From the NCBI GenBank assembly GCA_963812155.1, contig CAWETW010000003.1:320001-384000 (forward strand): a stretch of DNA of 64,000 nt. The letters are read 5' to 3'. This document shows positions 1 through 10,128 of this stretch, piece by piece (position 1 is the first letter of the stretch; each line of letters starts with the position of its first letter). The notes beneath the pieces were generated by a model. It saw nothing but the letters and a program-made list of their open reading frames with translations. It ran no database searches and was not told where the DNA came from. This DNA is from Vulcanimicrobiota bacterium (GTDB lineage: Bacteria; Vulcanimicrobiota; Vulcanimicrobiia; Vulcanimicrobiales; Vulcanimicrobiaceae). The position numbers and the translations under genes are program-made.

Positions 1-222
1 GAGTTTGCTCCGACCCGTTCGATCGCCGCGGGCATATGGACCTCGTGGCCGGCGGCAAGTTCGCGCGACGTCGCGCGATTTCTCGCGCGCTGGCGTTTCA
101 GCGGCGTCGCCCTGTATCGCAACGGTTACCAGGCGCTTCATCAACTCGTGATGGCGGGGTGGTACGGCAATGCGGCGTCGTGGAACGCCATCGGGTATCC
201 GGGGCCGCCGTCGCTTTCATGA
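1..222 (+). CDS. C-terminus of GMC-oxidoreductase partner protein (gluconate-2-dehydrogenase subunit 3-like), 5' truncated
   Basis: Frame open from base 1 (EFAPTRSIAAG...LVMAGWYGNAASWNAIGYPGPPSLS*); WxxIGYPGP end motif; TGA overlaps the ATG of the GMC gene. Confidence 0.7.
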   Translation, partial: EFAPTRSIAAGIWTSWPAASSRDVARFLARWRFSGVALYRNGYQALHQLVMAGWYGNAASWNAIGYPGPPSLS

Positions 223-1817
223 TCGCCGATCCGATTGCGCTCGGCCTTCACCGCGGCTGGAACGTTCACGATGCGTCCGCGCTCGGCGGGGATCTGCAGC
301 TCGAAGCCGACGCGGTCGTCGTCGGAACCGGTGCGGGCGGTGCGACGGCAGCCGAAACGCTGACGCGCGCCGGCGTGCGCGTCGTGATGATCGAAGAAGG
401 GCCGCTGCAGAGTTCGCGCGATTTTCACATGCTCGAGCGCGAGGCCTATCCGTCGCTCTATCAAGAATCCGCCGCGCGCAAGACCAAAGACGGCGCGATT
501 ACGATACTGCAAGGCCGCGCGGTGGGCGGATCGACGGTCGTGAATTGGACGAGCTGCTTTCGTGCGCCGGCGCGAACGCTGGCCTACTGGCGCGAGCGCT
601 ACGGCTTAGCCGGCTATACGCCCGAACGGCTGGCGCCGTGGTTCGAGCGCGCCGAAGGCCGCCTCTCGATCGCACCGTGGCACATGGCGCCAAACGCGAA
701 CAATGCGGCGCTGCAGCGCGGCGCGGCGGCGCTCCACATCGCCAGCGGCACCATGTCGCGCAACGTAAAGGGTTGCGCAAATCTCGGCTACTGCGGCTTG
801 GGTTGTCCGACCAACGCCAAACAATCGATGCTCGTCACGGCGATCCCTGCGGCACTCGACCGGGGCGCAGTGCTCGTGCATCGCGCTCGCGCAGAGCGGT
901 TCACGATGGAGAACGGCCGCATCGCACGCTTGGAGTGCGCGGCGCTCGATGCCGGCGGAACGAGATTGCCGCATCGCGCCATCGTGCGCGCGAAGGTCTA
1001 CGTCGCCGCCGGCGGTGGAATCGGAACGCCGGCGCTGTTGCTGCGCAGCGCGCTTCCCGATCCGTACGGAGTTCTCGGCAAGCGAACGTTTTTGCATCCG
1101 GTCGTTCTTTCGGCCGCGCTCATGCCGGAAGTTGTTGCCGCTTACGCGGGAACCCCGCAGTCGGTCTATTCCGATCGCTTTCTCGACGAATATCCGTTCG
1201 AAGGACCGGTGGGCTTCAAACTCGAGGTTCCTCCGGTGCAGCCGCTGCTGGCTGCGGTCACGATGCCGGGCTTGGGGGCGCCGGGCGCGCATTTGATGGC
1301 GGAATTCCCGCACCTCCAGGTGACCCTGGCGCTGTTGCGCGACGGGTTCCACGAGCAAAGCCAGGGCGGGAACGTGGAACTCGCGGGCGACGGATCGCCG
1401 GTGCTCGACTATCCGATTTCCACCTACCTCTGGGATGGCATGCGGCGCGCCTTGTTGGCCATGGCGGAGATTCAGTTCGCGGCCGGCGCGAAGCGCGTGC
1501 TTCCGGTGCACGAGTCGGCGCGGCCATATGCGTCGTGGAGCGAGGCGAGGATGCAAATCTTGACGTTACCGATGGAGACGCTGCTGACGAGAGTCGTCAG
1601 CGCGCACGTCATGGGAGGCTGCGCGATGAGTGCCGGCGCGGACACCGGAGTCGTCGACGGTGACGGCCGGCATCATCAGATTGAAAATCTCTACGTCTTC
1701 GATGGCTCGGTCTTCCCGACGGGCCTCGGAACGAATCCGCAGTTGACGATTTACGCCCTCGCGGAGCGCATGGCGAGCCGGTTGGCGCGCTCGCTCGGCG
1801 GTACGTCAGAAGAGTAA
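219..1817 (+). CDS. GMC family oxidoreductase
   Basis: GTGAGG FAD motif, GRAVGGSTVVN, CxxxGxCxxGC, C-terminal SAHVMGGC and GTNPQLTI; start taken at ATG 219 (ATGA overlap). Confidence 0.9.
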   Translation: MIADPIALGLHRGWNVHDASALGGDLQLEADAVVVGTGAGGATAAETLTRAGVRVVMIEEGPLQSSRDFHMLEREAYPSLYQESAARKTKDGAITILQGRAVGGSTVVNWTSCFRAPARTLAYWRERYGLAGYTPERLAPWFERAEGRLSIAPWHMAPNANNAALQRGAAALHIASGTMSRNVKGCANLGYCGLGCPTNAKQSMLVTAIPAALDRGAVLVHRARAERFTMENGRIARLECAALDAGGTRLPHRAIVRAKVYVAAGGGIGTPALLLRSALPDPYGVLGKRTFLHPVVLSAALMPEVVAAYAGTPQSVYSDRFLDEYPFEGPVGFKLEVPPVQPLLAAVTMPGLGAPGAHLMAEFPHLQVTLALLRDGFHEQSQGGNVELAGDGSPVLDYPISTYLWDGMRRALLAMAEIQFAAGAKRVLPVHESARPYASWSEARMQILTLPMETLLTRVVSAHVMGGCAMSAGADTGVVDGDGRHHQIENLYVFDGSVFPTGLGTNPQLTIYALAERMASRLARSLGGTSEE

Positions 1818-2639
1818 GGTTTGAAAGTCCGCGACGTGCTCGAATCCGACGCGGCGGTAGAGTGCGATCGCCGGAGCGTTGAAGTCGTTAACGTAGAGCG
1901 ACAGCGTCGGCACGTCTTCGAGCAGGCGCGCGCAGATCGCCGAGAGTGACGCCGTAGCGTAGCCGCGTCCGCGCAGTTCCGGCGGCACCCAGATTCCCTG
2001 AAGCTGCGCCGTCGCGTCTGACTGCGGGCCGACGCTGCAAAAGAAACATAGACGCTCGCCGCTTTGCGCGACCCACCATCGCTCGCGTTCGACCATCGCG
2101 CGCACGCCGGCCGCAAATTCCGGCGACGTGCGCCGCGGATCGTATTCCAGCTCGTGCTGGATCATCTGTGCGGATGCGTTCACGGTTTCCGCAACGTCGC
2201 GCGCTTCGGCGATTCGGACGCGCGCGGCGCCGTCGGGGCGGCGCAGCCGCTCGGCGTCGACGGCCATGACCAACTGACGCTCGCGCACTAGGCGTGGCGC
2301 GGGGCGTCCGTCGCGTACGAGATTCCAAAAAGCGGCGACGACGCGACGCGGGCCGACGATCATGCGCTCGCCGCGGCGCCGGCGCGCCAGCTCGGCGAAG
2401 GCGCTCAGCGCCTGCGGCTCTGCCGCGAGCACGAGTTGCCGTCCAAACGATGCGACGCCCGTCATGCGATCGCCGTCGATCGCGGTGAAAAGCCCGTTGC
2501 GCGTCGAGGGCGAGCGATCGTGCGCAATGAGATCGGAAAGGTGAACGTTCTCGTAAGGAGCCCGTGCGAGATAGGCGAGCACCGCGCTTTCGTTCGCGGA
2601 CGTGACGCGCTCGAGGCATACGCCGGGATCGGGAATAAT
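1806..2639 (-). CDS. GNAT family N-acetyltransferase
   Basis: C-terminal VPPELRGRGYA acetyl-CoA motif and NAPAIALYRRVGF; start codon uncertain. Confidence 0.8.
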   Translation of the reverse strand: MIPDPGVCLERVTSANESAVLAYLARAPYENVHLSDLIAHDRSPSTRNGLFTAIDGDRMTGVASFGRQLVLAAEPQALSAFAELARRRRGERMIVGPRRVVAAFWNLVRDGRPAPRLVRERQLVMAVDAERLRRPDGAARVRIAEARDVAETVNASAQMIQHELEYDPRRTSPEFAAGVRAMVERERWWVAQSGERLCFFCSVGPQSDATAQLQGIWVPPELRGRGYATASLSAICARLLEDVPTLSLYVNDFNAPAIALYRRVGFEHVADFQTLLF

Positions 2640-2644
2640 CGCGC

Positions 2645-3433
2645 CTACGTGAGCGTGACCAGCAGAACCGGTTTCGACGTCGGCTGCTTGCTGCCGCCGT
2701 CCGGCTCGACGCTGACGGCGACCGCCGATATCGCCTTCGCGTCGGACGGCAGGGTCACGATCGCGACGCCGTGCGCGTCGGGTACGAACGTCGACGACGG
2801 CACCATCTTCGTCGCGCCTTTGGGCAGCATCCACGCCTGGTAGACTTTGCCGCGCGGAGGTTGCGGTAAATCGTGCATCGCGATGTAGGCGCGATTGCCG
2901 CGCATGACGACTTCACCGCCGTTGGCAGTGTAGCGCTTTGCGTCCGATCCCATGAGATCCGAGATGGTCGTCCGCTGCTCTTCGAGCGCGCGCGCGAGCG
3001 TGTCCGAGCGTTGCGAAGTGCGCGATAGCTCCTGTTGCGCTTGCCGCAGTTGGCTGACGAGCGCGACGTTCCACATCGAGGAAGCGATCGCGATGACCAC
3101 GCACGCCGCGGCCACCAGGTATGCCGGCCACGCCGGCATCCGGGACGCAGGCGCCGGCAGCGTTACTGAAGGCGCGGTCTTCGACGCGCGTACCCTCGCC
3201 ATGATCCGCGGTTTGAGCAGCGTACTCGGACAGTTCTCCGCGTCGCCCGTCGTTTCGGCGGAGACACCGATCAGCGCGGCCGCGTTTTTGAGGCTCGCGT
3301 ATTCGCTCGCGCAACGGCGGCAACCGGCGATGTGGGCGCGCACCTTGGCCGCTTCGGCCGGCGGCAGCGCGCCGAGCGCATAGACGGCGACGTCGTCGAG
3401 CATGTCGTGCGGCGGTTCCCGGCGCTCGTTCAT
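2645..3433 (-). CDS. Anti-sigma factor, RskA-like with N-terminal zinc finger
   Basis: YALGAL...HIAGCRRC (HxxxCxxC), one TM helix, C-terminal YQAW...AVSVEPDGGSKQPT. Confidence 0.85.
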   Translation of the reverse strand: MNERREPPHDMLDDVAVYALGALPPAEAAKVRAHIAGCRRCASEYASLKNAAALIGVSAETTGDAENCPSTLLKPRIMARVRASKTAPSVTLPAPASRMPAWPAYLVAAACVVIAIASSMWNVALVSQLRQAQQELSRTSQRSDTLARALEEQRTTISDLMGSDAKRYTANGGEVVMRGNRAYIAMHDLPQPPRGKVYQAWMLPKGATKMVPSSTFVPDAHGVAIVTLPSDAKAISAVAVSVEPDGGSKQPTSKPVLLVTLT

Positions 3434-3966
3434 GCCGTCACCGCATCGTCGAGGACGGCGCGCAGCCGGCGCAGACCCGAACGGATTCGCGTCTTCACCG
3501 TGCCGAGCGGCGTTTGGAAGCGCCGCGCAATTTCTTGGTGGGTCACGCCGCCGAAAAATCCGAGTTCGATGGGCTCGCGCTGCTCGGGCGGCAGCGCGGC
3601 CAGCGCGCTGCGTACGCGCTCGGCGTCGATGCGCGCGAAGGCAGCGTCCTCCATCGATTCGCTTTCGGGAAAGGCTTCGGGAAGTTCGGCCTCGGCGCGC
3701 ACGTTACGTCCGCGCACGACGTCGAGCGCGCGATTGCGCGTGACGCGAGCGATCCAAGCGGCAAAATTCCCGCCGTGAAAGAGATTGGGAGCGTTCCACA
3801 ATTTGAGAAAGACCGTTTGCGTGACGTCTTCGGCGCCAGCGCGGTCGCCGAGCACCCGCAGCGCGATCCCGTAGACGATCCGATGGTACGTATCGTAGAG
3901 CGTTTCGAAGGCGTCGGCGTCTTGCCGTCGCACTCGCGCCATCAACGCGTCGGCGTCTTCGGTCAC
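3430..3966 (-). CDS. ECF sigma-70 factor (SigK-like)
   Basis: AEDVTQTVFLKLW region 2; THQEIA...PLGTVKTRIRSGL region 4; stop overlaps the anti-sigma start. Confidence 0.9.
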   Translation of the reverse strand: MTEDADALMARVRRQDADAFETLYDTYHRIVYGIALRVLGDRAGAEDVTQTVFLKLWNAPNLFHGGNFAAWIARVTRNRALDVVRGRNVRAEAELPEAFPESESMEDAAFARIDAERVRSALAALPPEQREPIELGFFGGVTHQEIARRFQTPLGTVKTRIRSGLRRLRAVLDDAVTA

Positions 3967-4072
3967 CTCCCTACCCTTCGCTTCGCCCCGGCCCTGCCCT
4001 CGGGCGTTCTCTCCGCTAACGCTCGCCGCGGCCCAGCGGATTCGCGCGCTGCGTCTCGCGAAGTTGCGACCG

Positions 4073-4798
4073 ATGGAGGAACTCGTCGCCCGCCTGCGCG
4101 CCGCTGCCTCGATCTTCGTCCTCACCGGATCGGGCATTTCGGTCGAGAGCGGTCTTCCGACGTTTCGCGGAGCCGGCGGCCTGTGGCGGAACCGGCGCGT
4201 CGAAGAGCTTGCGTCGCCGCAAGGCTTCGAGCGCGATCCGGTGCTGGTGTGGACGTGGTACAACCAGCGGCTTGCGACCCATGCGAGCGCTCAGCCGAAC
4301 GCCGGGCACACAGCGCTGGCGCGGCTGGAGGATCTTTGCGGCGACTTCACGCTCGCGACCCAGAACGTGGATTCGCTGCATCTGCGTGCCGGCTCGCGCC
4401 GGGTTCTAGAACTCCACGGACATCTTCGTGAGGCGCGCTGCTCCGGTTGCGGAACGCGCCGGACGCTCGGCGCGGGCGGCTTGCCGCTCGACGAAATCGA
4501 TCACGCCTGCGGCGGCCGAATGCGCCCGTGCGTGGTCTGGTTCGGTGAGCCGCTGCCTGCGGACGTATGGTCGCACGCAGAACGAGCCGCGGCTCGCGCC
4601 GATGCGATCCTGGTCGTGGGTACGAGTGCGGTCGTGTATCCCGCCGCGGCGCTGGCGACGCGGTACGCCCGCGCCGCGTACGTCGTCGAAATCAATCCCG
4701 AGGCGACGCCGGTAAGCGAAGCCGTCGATCTCGCCCTGCGCGAGCCGGCAGCGAGCGCCTTGCCGCGCATCGCCGATGCCCTTTCGGCGTCACGCTGA
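4073..4798 (+). CDS. cobB: NAD-dependent protein deacylase (sirtuin)
   Basis: TGSGISVESGLPTFRG, TQNVDSLH, ELHG, RPCVVWFGE, GTSAVVYPAA. Confidence 0.9.
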   Translation: MEELVARLRAAASIFVLTGSGISVESGLPTFRGAGGLWRNRRVEELASPQGFERDPVLVWTWYNQRLATHASAQPNAGHTALARLEDLCGDFTLATQNVDSLHLRAGSRRVLELHGHLREARCSGCGTRRTLGAGGLPLDEIDHACGGRMRPCVVWFGEPLPADVWSHAERAAARADAILVVGTSAVVYPAAALATRYARAAYVVEINPEATPVSEAVDLALREPAASALPRIADALSASR

Positions 4799-4843
4799 CG
4801 CAGCGGGCGAGGGACACGGTCGCGACGCGGCGTAGCGACCTGC

Positions 4844-5251
4844 ATGCTACTTCCGGATTTTCTGCAAAGCGCGATCGCCGGCTTTCCCGGCTACGGCGAC
4901 GACGTTGCGCGCCAACAGTCCGACGAGTTCGTGCGCTCGTACGCCGGCGAGCGTCTCGCCGATCTGCAGCAGCGTCTGCAGCCGCTCGACACGGCGCTCG
5001 GCGATCGCATCGAAGCGCTGCTGTTCCGCTGCGCATTCGTCAATCAAACGGCCTACAAACTCTACGAGGGGAATGACCGATCGACGATTGACGTCGACGC
5101 TGTCGTTGCGGCCGACGCTGCCGCCGTGGAGGTGGCCGATCGCGCGTCGTCGATCGACGCCGTGCAACTGGCGCAGTATCTCGACGACGTGACGCGCATG
5201 CTGGATGGCCGCGACGCCGCTATGAGCGGCGCCCGATCAACTGCAGGTTGA
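4844..5251 (+). CDS. Hypothetical protein
   Basis: 135-aa ORF with protein-like composition filling the gap. Confidence 0.65.
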   Translation: MLLPDFLQSAIAGFPGYGDDVARQQSDEFVRSYAGERLADLQQRLQPLDTALGDRIEALLFRCAFVNQTAYKLYEGNDRSTIDVDAVVAADAAAVEVADRASSIDAVQLAQYLDDVTRMLDGRDAAMSGARSTAG

Positions 5252-6043
5252 GAGAGTGGGCGCCGGGCTCGGCGTCGCTTTCTTCTTGAAAAGACCGCTG
5301 ATGCCGTTGACCACCTCGCCGCCGTAACCGCCGGTCACGTTGTTGGCGGCACTCCCGGCGTAACCGACGACTTCGCCCTTAGCCGCATCCCAACTCGTCG
5401 GAACGCCGAAATCGCCGGCAAACTGTCCGATGAGTTGCTGCGTCAGCTGCTGGACCTCGGCTTGGACGATGCCGTTCACGATGTGCGCGAAGAGCGATTG
5501 CCCGGCGTTGACGCTAAAGACTTTGCCGCTCTTGGTCGTCACCTGAACCGGCATTTGCGGATCGCAAAGTTCGTAGACGTTGACGCGGATCGAGCCGTCG
5601 CCGGCGTATTCGATGTCGCCTTGCGTGCCGCGCACGCCGACGCTCGCGGTCGGCGTCGCAAATGTGTAGTTCGCTTTGGCGCCTTGCGGATGGCGCACGG
5701 CGAAGCGAACTTTTCCTTGGTAGACGACGAACTTCGCGGTCGCGATTTGTGCTTGGTTAAAAAACGCGAGCTGCACCTTCGTATCGGAGCCGACGAGTAC
5801 GCGAGAACTATCCGGCAACGATACCTGCGCGAGCGATCCGCCGCCGGTGATGGCGAAGTCGCGATCGGCGAGACCGATCGTGGCGTTGACGCCGAGCGTC
5901 ACCGGTTTGCCGTTAGGCACCTGATAGGAGACGTCGCCCTTTTGGCTTTGCAACTGCTTGTCGTCGCCGGCCACCGACGGCGCGCCCGACGCAACGACGA
6001 GCGCCGCAAGACCGGCAATCGCGAGGGCACGACGCAGATTCAT
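5237..6043 (-). CDS. Secreted FecR-domain protein
   Basis: Signal peptide; LPDSSRVLVGSDTK and FATPTASVGVRGT FecR motifs. Confidence 0.8.
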   Translation of the reverse strand: MNLRRALAIAGLAALVVASGAPSVAGDDKQLQSQKGDVSYQVPNGKPVTLGVNATIGLADRDFAITGGGSLAQVSLPDSSRVLVGSDTKVQLAFFNQAQIATAKFVVYQGKVRFAVRHPQGAKANYTFATPTASVGVRGTQGDIEYAGDGSIRVNVYELCDPQMPVQVTTKSGKVFSVNAGQSLFAHIVNGIVQAEVQQLTQQLIGQFAGDFGVPTSWDAAKGEVVGYAGSAANNVTGGYGGEVVNGISGLFKKKATPSPAPTLSTCS

Positions 6044-6096
6044 CGCACAACGATTAAGCGATCGGCCGCCGCAGCCCTGGCGGGAAGCCCATTCCG

Positions 6097-8100
6097 GTGC
6101 GACTAACGCGCACGACGGTGAAGCTTCTGAGCGGAGCGTGCATCGTCGCGGCGGCGCTGGCGCCGGCAGCGGCCGGGGCGCAGATGCTGCCCTTGCACCT
6201 GGTGCCTCGGCCCGCCGAAGTGACGCGTCTGGATTGCCGGGTGCCGGCGAACGCGCTGACCAGCGTCGCTTCGGGATTCGACCCGGCGGCGCGCCAGGAA
6301 ATCGACGAGCGCTGGAGAGCGCTGCGCATCGGCTCGCTCCGCACCGGCGCGCGGCCCGCGATCGCCGTGCGCCGCGATGCGTCGCTCGGCACGCAGGCCT
6401 ACCGGCTGACGGTCCGCGACGGCCGCGCGACGATCGAGGCCGGCGACGGCGACGGCGCCTTCTACGGCGCGATGACGCTCGCGCAACTGCCGGTGCGCTC
6501 GGGCGGCGCGTGGGCGGTGCCGTGCGTGGCGATCGCCGACCGCCCGGCGCTGCGCTGGCGAATCCTTTCCGACGACGTTTCGCGCGGGCCGCTGCCGACG
6601 ATGCGCTACTTCGAGGAACGCATCCGCACGATTGCCGCCTTCAAGATGAACGGCTACTCGCCGTACATGGAGCACGTTTTCGTCAGCCCGACCGATCCGT
6701 TGCCGGCGCCGCTCGACGGCATCACTCCGGCCCAACTCGCGGCATTGGCGGCGTATGCAGCGCGATTTCACGTGACGCTCGTTCCGCAACAGCAAACCTT
6801 CGCGCACATGCACGGCGTGCTGCGCGTGGAGACCTATGCGGACGCCGCGGCGCTGCCGCACGGATTTCTCCTCTCGCCCGATTCCGCAACCTCGTCGGAG
6901 TATCTCAGCCGAATTCTGACGCAGGAACTGCAAGCGGTTCCCCGGCCGCCGTTCTTTCACATCGGCTCCGACGAAACGGCGACGCTGGGACTCGGACGCT
7001 CGAGCGCCTACGTGAAGCAACGCGGTCTCTCGCAAGCATTTGCCGATCACGTCGCCGCGATGAACCGCGCGATCGCGCCGTCCGGCGCGCGCATCATGCT
7101 GTGGGACGACGCGGTCGAAAAGGACCCCGGCATCATGAAGCTGCTGCCTCCCGCAGCGGTGCTGGTGAACTACCACTACGAGCCGCAGGCGCCGTTTGCC
7201 GCCGATATCGCGCGCATCGCCGGCGGCGGCTTCGCACAGATGGTCGCTCCCGGCGCGAGCAACTGGGACGAAATCTTTCCGGCGATCGACGTGGCGATTG
7301 CCAACGAGCGCGGGTTTATCGCTGCCGGTAAAAACGCGCGCGTCCTCGGCAGTTTTCAAACCGTCTGGCACGACGACGGCGAAACGCTCTACGAGGCGAC
7401 GTGGTATCCCGTGCTGTTTGCGGCGGCGGCGTCGTGGCAGAGCGGCGACGCGCAGCCGGCGCAGTTTGCGGCCGATTTCCCGAGCGCGTTCTTCGGTGAC
7501 GACGACGCGCGCTACGCGCACGACGTCGCGACGCTCGGCGCGATTCTCCGCGCGCTCGAGGCAGCGCCGTACGATCGTACCGACGCGCTTTTTTGGACGG
7601 GACCGTTCGACGCCGCAGCCGGCGCGCGCATGGCGCGGATCGATCTGCGCGCCGTGCGGCTCGATGCCGAGGGAGTCGAGGGCGATTTGTATTTCGCGCG
7701 TCCCCCGCTGCATGCCGATGCCGCGCGCGTGATGTTTCTCGCCGCGCGGCGGTACGACGCGCTGGCACGCAAATTCCAAATCGGCGCCGAAGTGCGCGCG
7801 ATGTATGCCGACGCGCAGACGCATGCCGGCGACGCCTCCGGCGCGACCACGCTGCGCGATCTCTTTTGGTGCCGCTACTGGATGTGGGAATTGCGCGATG
7901 CCTATGAGGATCTGGCGCCGCTCTATGCGGCCGCATGGCGCTACGAGAGCCGTGAGGGACATTTGGCCTCCAACCTCGAGCGGTATCATCTCGCCGCGCA
8001 ACGCGCCATTACCGATGCCGACGCATTTTATCGCGCAACCTACGACGGATTCGTCCGCTCGAAAACGCTGCCGCCGTTCGACTCCGTGATCGCGCCGTGA
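6097..8100 (+). CDS. Secreted GH20-family glycoside hydrolase (beta-N-acetylhexosaminidase-like)
   Basis: LVPRP, IADRPALRWR, DDVSRG, FHIGSDE catalytic motif; signal peptide. Confidence 0.85.
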   Translation: MRLTRTTVKLLSGACIVAAALAPAAAGAQMLPLHLVPRPAEVTRLDCRVPANALTSVASGFDPAARQEIDERWRALRIGSLRTGARPAIAVRRDASLGTQAYRLTVRDGRATIEAGDGDGAFYGAMTLAQLPVRSGGAWAVPCVAIADRPALRWRILSDDVSRGPLPTMRYFEERIRTIAAFKMNGYSPYMEHVFVSPTDPLPAPLDGITPAQLAALAAYAARFHVTLVPQQQTFAHMHGVLRVETYADAAALPHGFLLSPDSATSSEYLSRILTQELQAVPRPPFFHIGSDETATLGLGRSSAYVKQRGLSQAFADHVAAMNRAIAPSGARIMLWDDAVEKDPGIMKLLPPAAVLVNYHYEPQAPFAADIARIAGGGFAQMVAPGASNWDEIFPAIDVAIANERGFIAAGKNARVLGSFQTVWHDDGETLYEATWYPVLFAAAASWQSGDAQPAQFAADFPSAFFGDDDARYAHDVATLGAILRALEAAPYDRTDALFWTGPFDAAAGARMARIDLRAVRLDAEGVEGDLYFARPPLHADAARVMFLAARRYDALARKFQIGAEVRAMYADAQTHAGDASGATTLRDLFWCRYWMWELRDAYEDLAPLYAAAWRYESREGHLASNLERYHLAAQRAITDADAFYRATYDGFVRSKTLPPFDSVIAP

Positions 8101-10128
8101 GCGCCGTCGTCATTCTCGTCATTTTCGCCGTCTTCGCGGCGTTGATGTACGCGCGCCGGCTGCCGGCAATTCTCGCGGTGCCGCTGATGGCCGTTGCGAT
8201 GGCGCTCGCCGCGGGCGTCGGCTTGGGACGAATCGGCACGATCGTCACGGGCGGCGCCGTTGCGCTCGCGCCGGTCTACGTGGCGGTCGTTTTCGGCGCA
8301 TTGCTCGGACGCGTGACGCTCGACACCGGCATCGCGCGCGCGATCGTCAACCTGGCGGCGGAATACGGCGGGGAGCGGCCGTTCGCACTCGCGCTGGCGA
8401 TGTGCGCGGTCGTGGCGCTGCTGTTCGTCTCGCTGCAGGGCCTCGGGGCGATTATCATGGTCGGCTCGATCGTACTTCCGATCATGATGACGACCGGCGT
8501 ACCGAGAACGATCGCCGCGACGCTCTTTCTCATGGCGTTTGCGCTCGGCTTTATTTTCAACATCGCGAACTGGACGTTCTATACGAAGTTCTTCGGCGTG
8601 ACGCCGGAACATCTCGTACGCTACGCGATCGTGCTCGCAATCGTCGACGCCGTCGCACTCGTCGTCTACGCCGCCGTCGCGTTCCGGCGCGAACGCGGAT
8701 ATGCGACGTGGGCGGTGCGCGCGACGGGCGACGACGGCGAAACGCGGGGCGTGCCGGCCGTCGCGATGCTGGCGCCGGTGCTTCCCATCGTCTTGTACTA
8801 CGCGTTGCATCTCGAAGCCGCGCCCGCGTTCTTGCTGTCGGCGATCTTCGCCGTGCTGGTGACGCGCCCGCGCGACGCGGTGCAGACGCTGATTGCGGCG
8901 GCGGTGCGCGGGGTCGAAGACGTGGCGCCCGCCGTGCTGCTCTTCATGGGCATCGGCATGCTGCTCGTTGCAACGCAGCAGCCGCAGTTCGCCGCCGCGC
9001 TGGCGCCGCTCGCACACGGCGGCTGGGTGCGCAATCCGATTGCCTACGTCGCCGTCTTCGGATTGGCGAGCCCGCTGGTGCTCTATCGCGGGCCGCTCAA
9101 TCCGTTCGGCGTCGGCATCGCGATCTTTACGGTGCTGCTTGCGTCGAACGCGGTGCCGCCCGTCATACTCGTCGCAGCGTCATGGCGGTCGTCCAAGTGC
9201 AGAACGTCTGCGACCCGACCAATACGGCCAACGTTTGGGTGGCGAACTTCACCGGCGTGCCGATCGACGCAATCACCAAGCGGACGCTGCCGTTTCAAGC
9301 CGCGGTGGCGACCGTGGCGACCCTCGCCGTCGCGTTCGCGTCGCCGTCACTCTTCGGGTTGCACGCGTTTGCCGCAACGATGCCGCAAGCGCGCGCCGAC
9401 GTCGCGGCGCCGGCCGCAGCGGCCGGATTCTACGCGTCCGCCGCGGCGCGCGGACGCATCGCCGTGACGCACGACGCGACGGCACTCTCGGCGCGCGGCG
9501 GCCGAAGCCGTCGCCGGCGCGCTCGACGGCGCGCAATGGCGCGCGTTCATGACGGGCGACGATCCGAACGCAACCGATTGCGCGAACAAAGACTACGCTG
9601 CGTCGCTCCACGTGACGACCTCGTCGTTTTCGCTGGTCGAGGGGACGGATTTCGACGTCGGGTTGCGGCTCGAAGATTGCGGCGGCTGGGTCGTCGACGA
9701 ATGGCACGACCATCGCGTCGTTCGCGCAGGCGCCCACGGAGTCCGACGCGCGCGCGCTCGCGCTCGAAGGCGTCGCGCGGTTGCGCGCCTGGGCCACGGC
9801 GCAGCCGGTACGCAGCGCGAATCTCTGTTGCGTCCGGCGTCGCAGCCGCGCCGCGCGATCCGCCCACCTACTTCTTACGCACTCTTCAAAACCGTCGACG
9901 GACGAATGCGCGCCTACGTACGCGCCGGCGGACCGGCCTACGCGGCCGGCTTACGTACCGGTGACGTCGTCGACAAGCTCGACGGGAAATACTGGTGGGA
10001 GTACGGCACCTATCAAACGCAGCAGCGCGCCTACGACGGCAAACCGCACTCGTTCGAAATCGAACGCGGCGGCAAGACGCTCGACGTGCAGTTGGGAGCA
10101 CCCTTCGTGGCGGCAACCTGCGTCGTGA
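8097..10128 (+). pseudogene. Multi-TM permease (citrate/gluconate transporter-like) fused to a soluble domain and PDZ-like domain; frameshifted as assembled
   Basis: Many TM helices, LYRGPLNPFGVG and CDPTNTANVW; continues across frames to GGPAYAAGLRTGDVVDKLDG (PDZ-like). Confidence 0.7.

Noticed and set aside
2610..2645. Non-canonical start for the GNAT gene (in-frame ATT at 2639; out-of-frame ATG at 2619)
   Set aside because: Cannot distinguish a rare start codon from an indel error without reads or homologues
6103..8001. Long antisense and alternate-frame ORFs (also 11564-13375, 18388-20124, 36733-38370)
   Set aside because: Arg/Ala-rich shadow ORFs expected at high GC, overlapping well-supported genes
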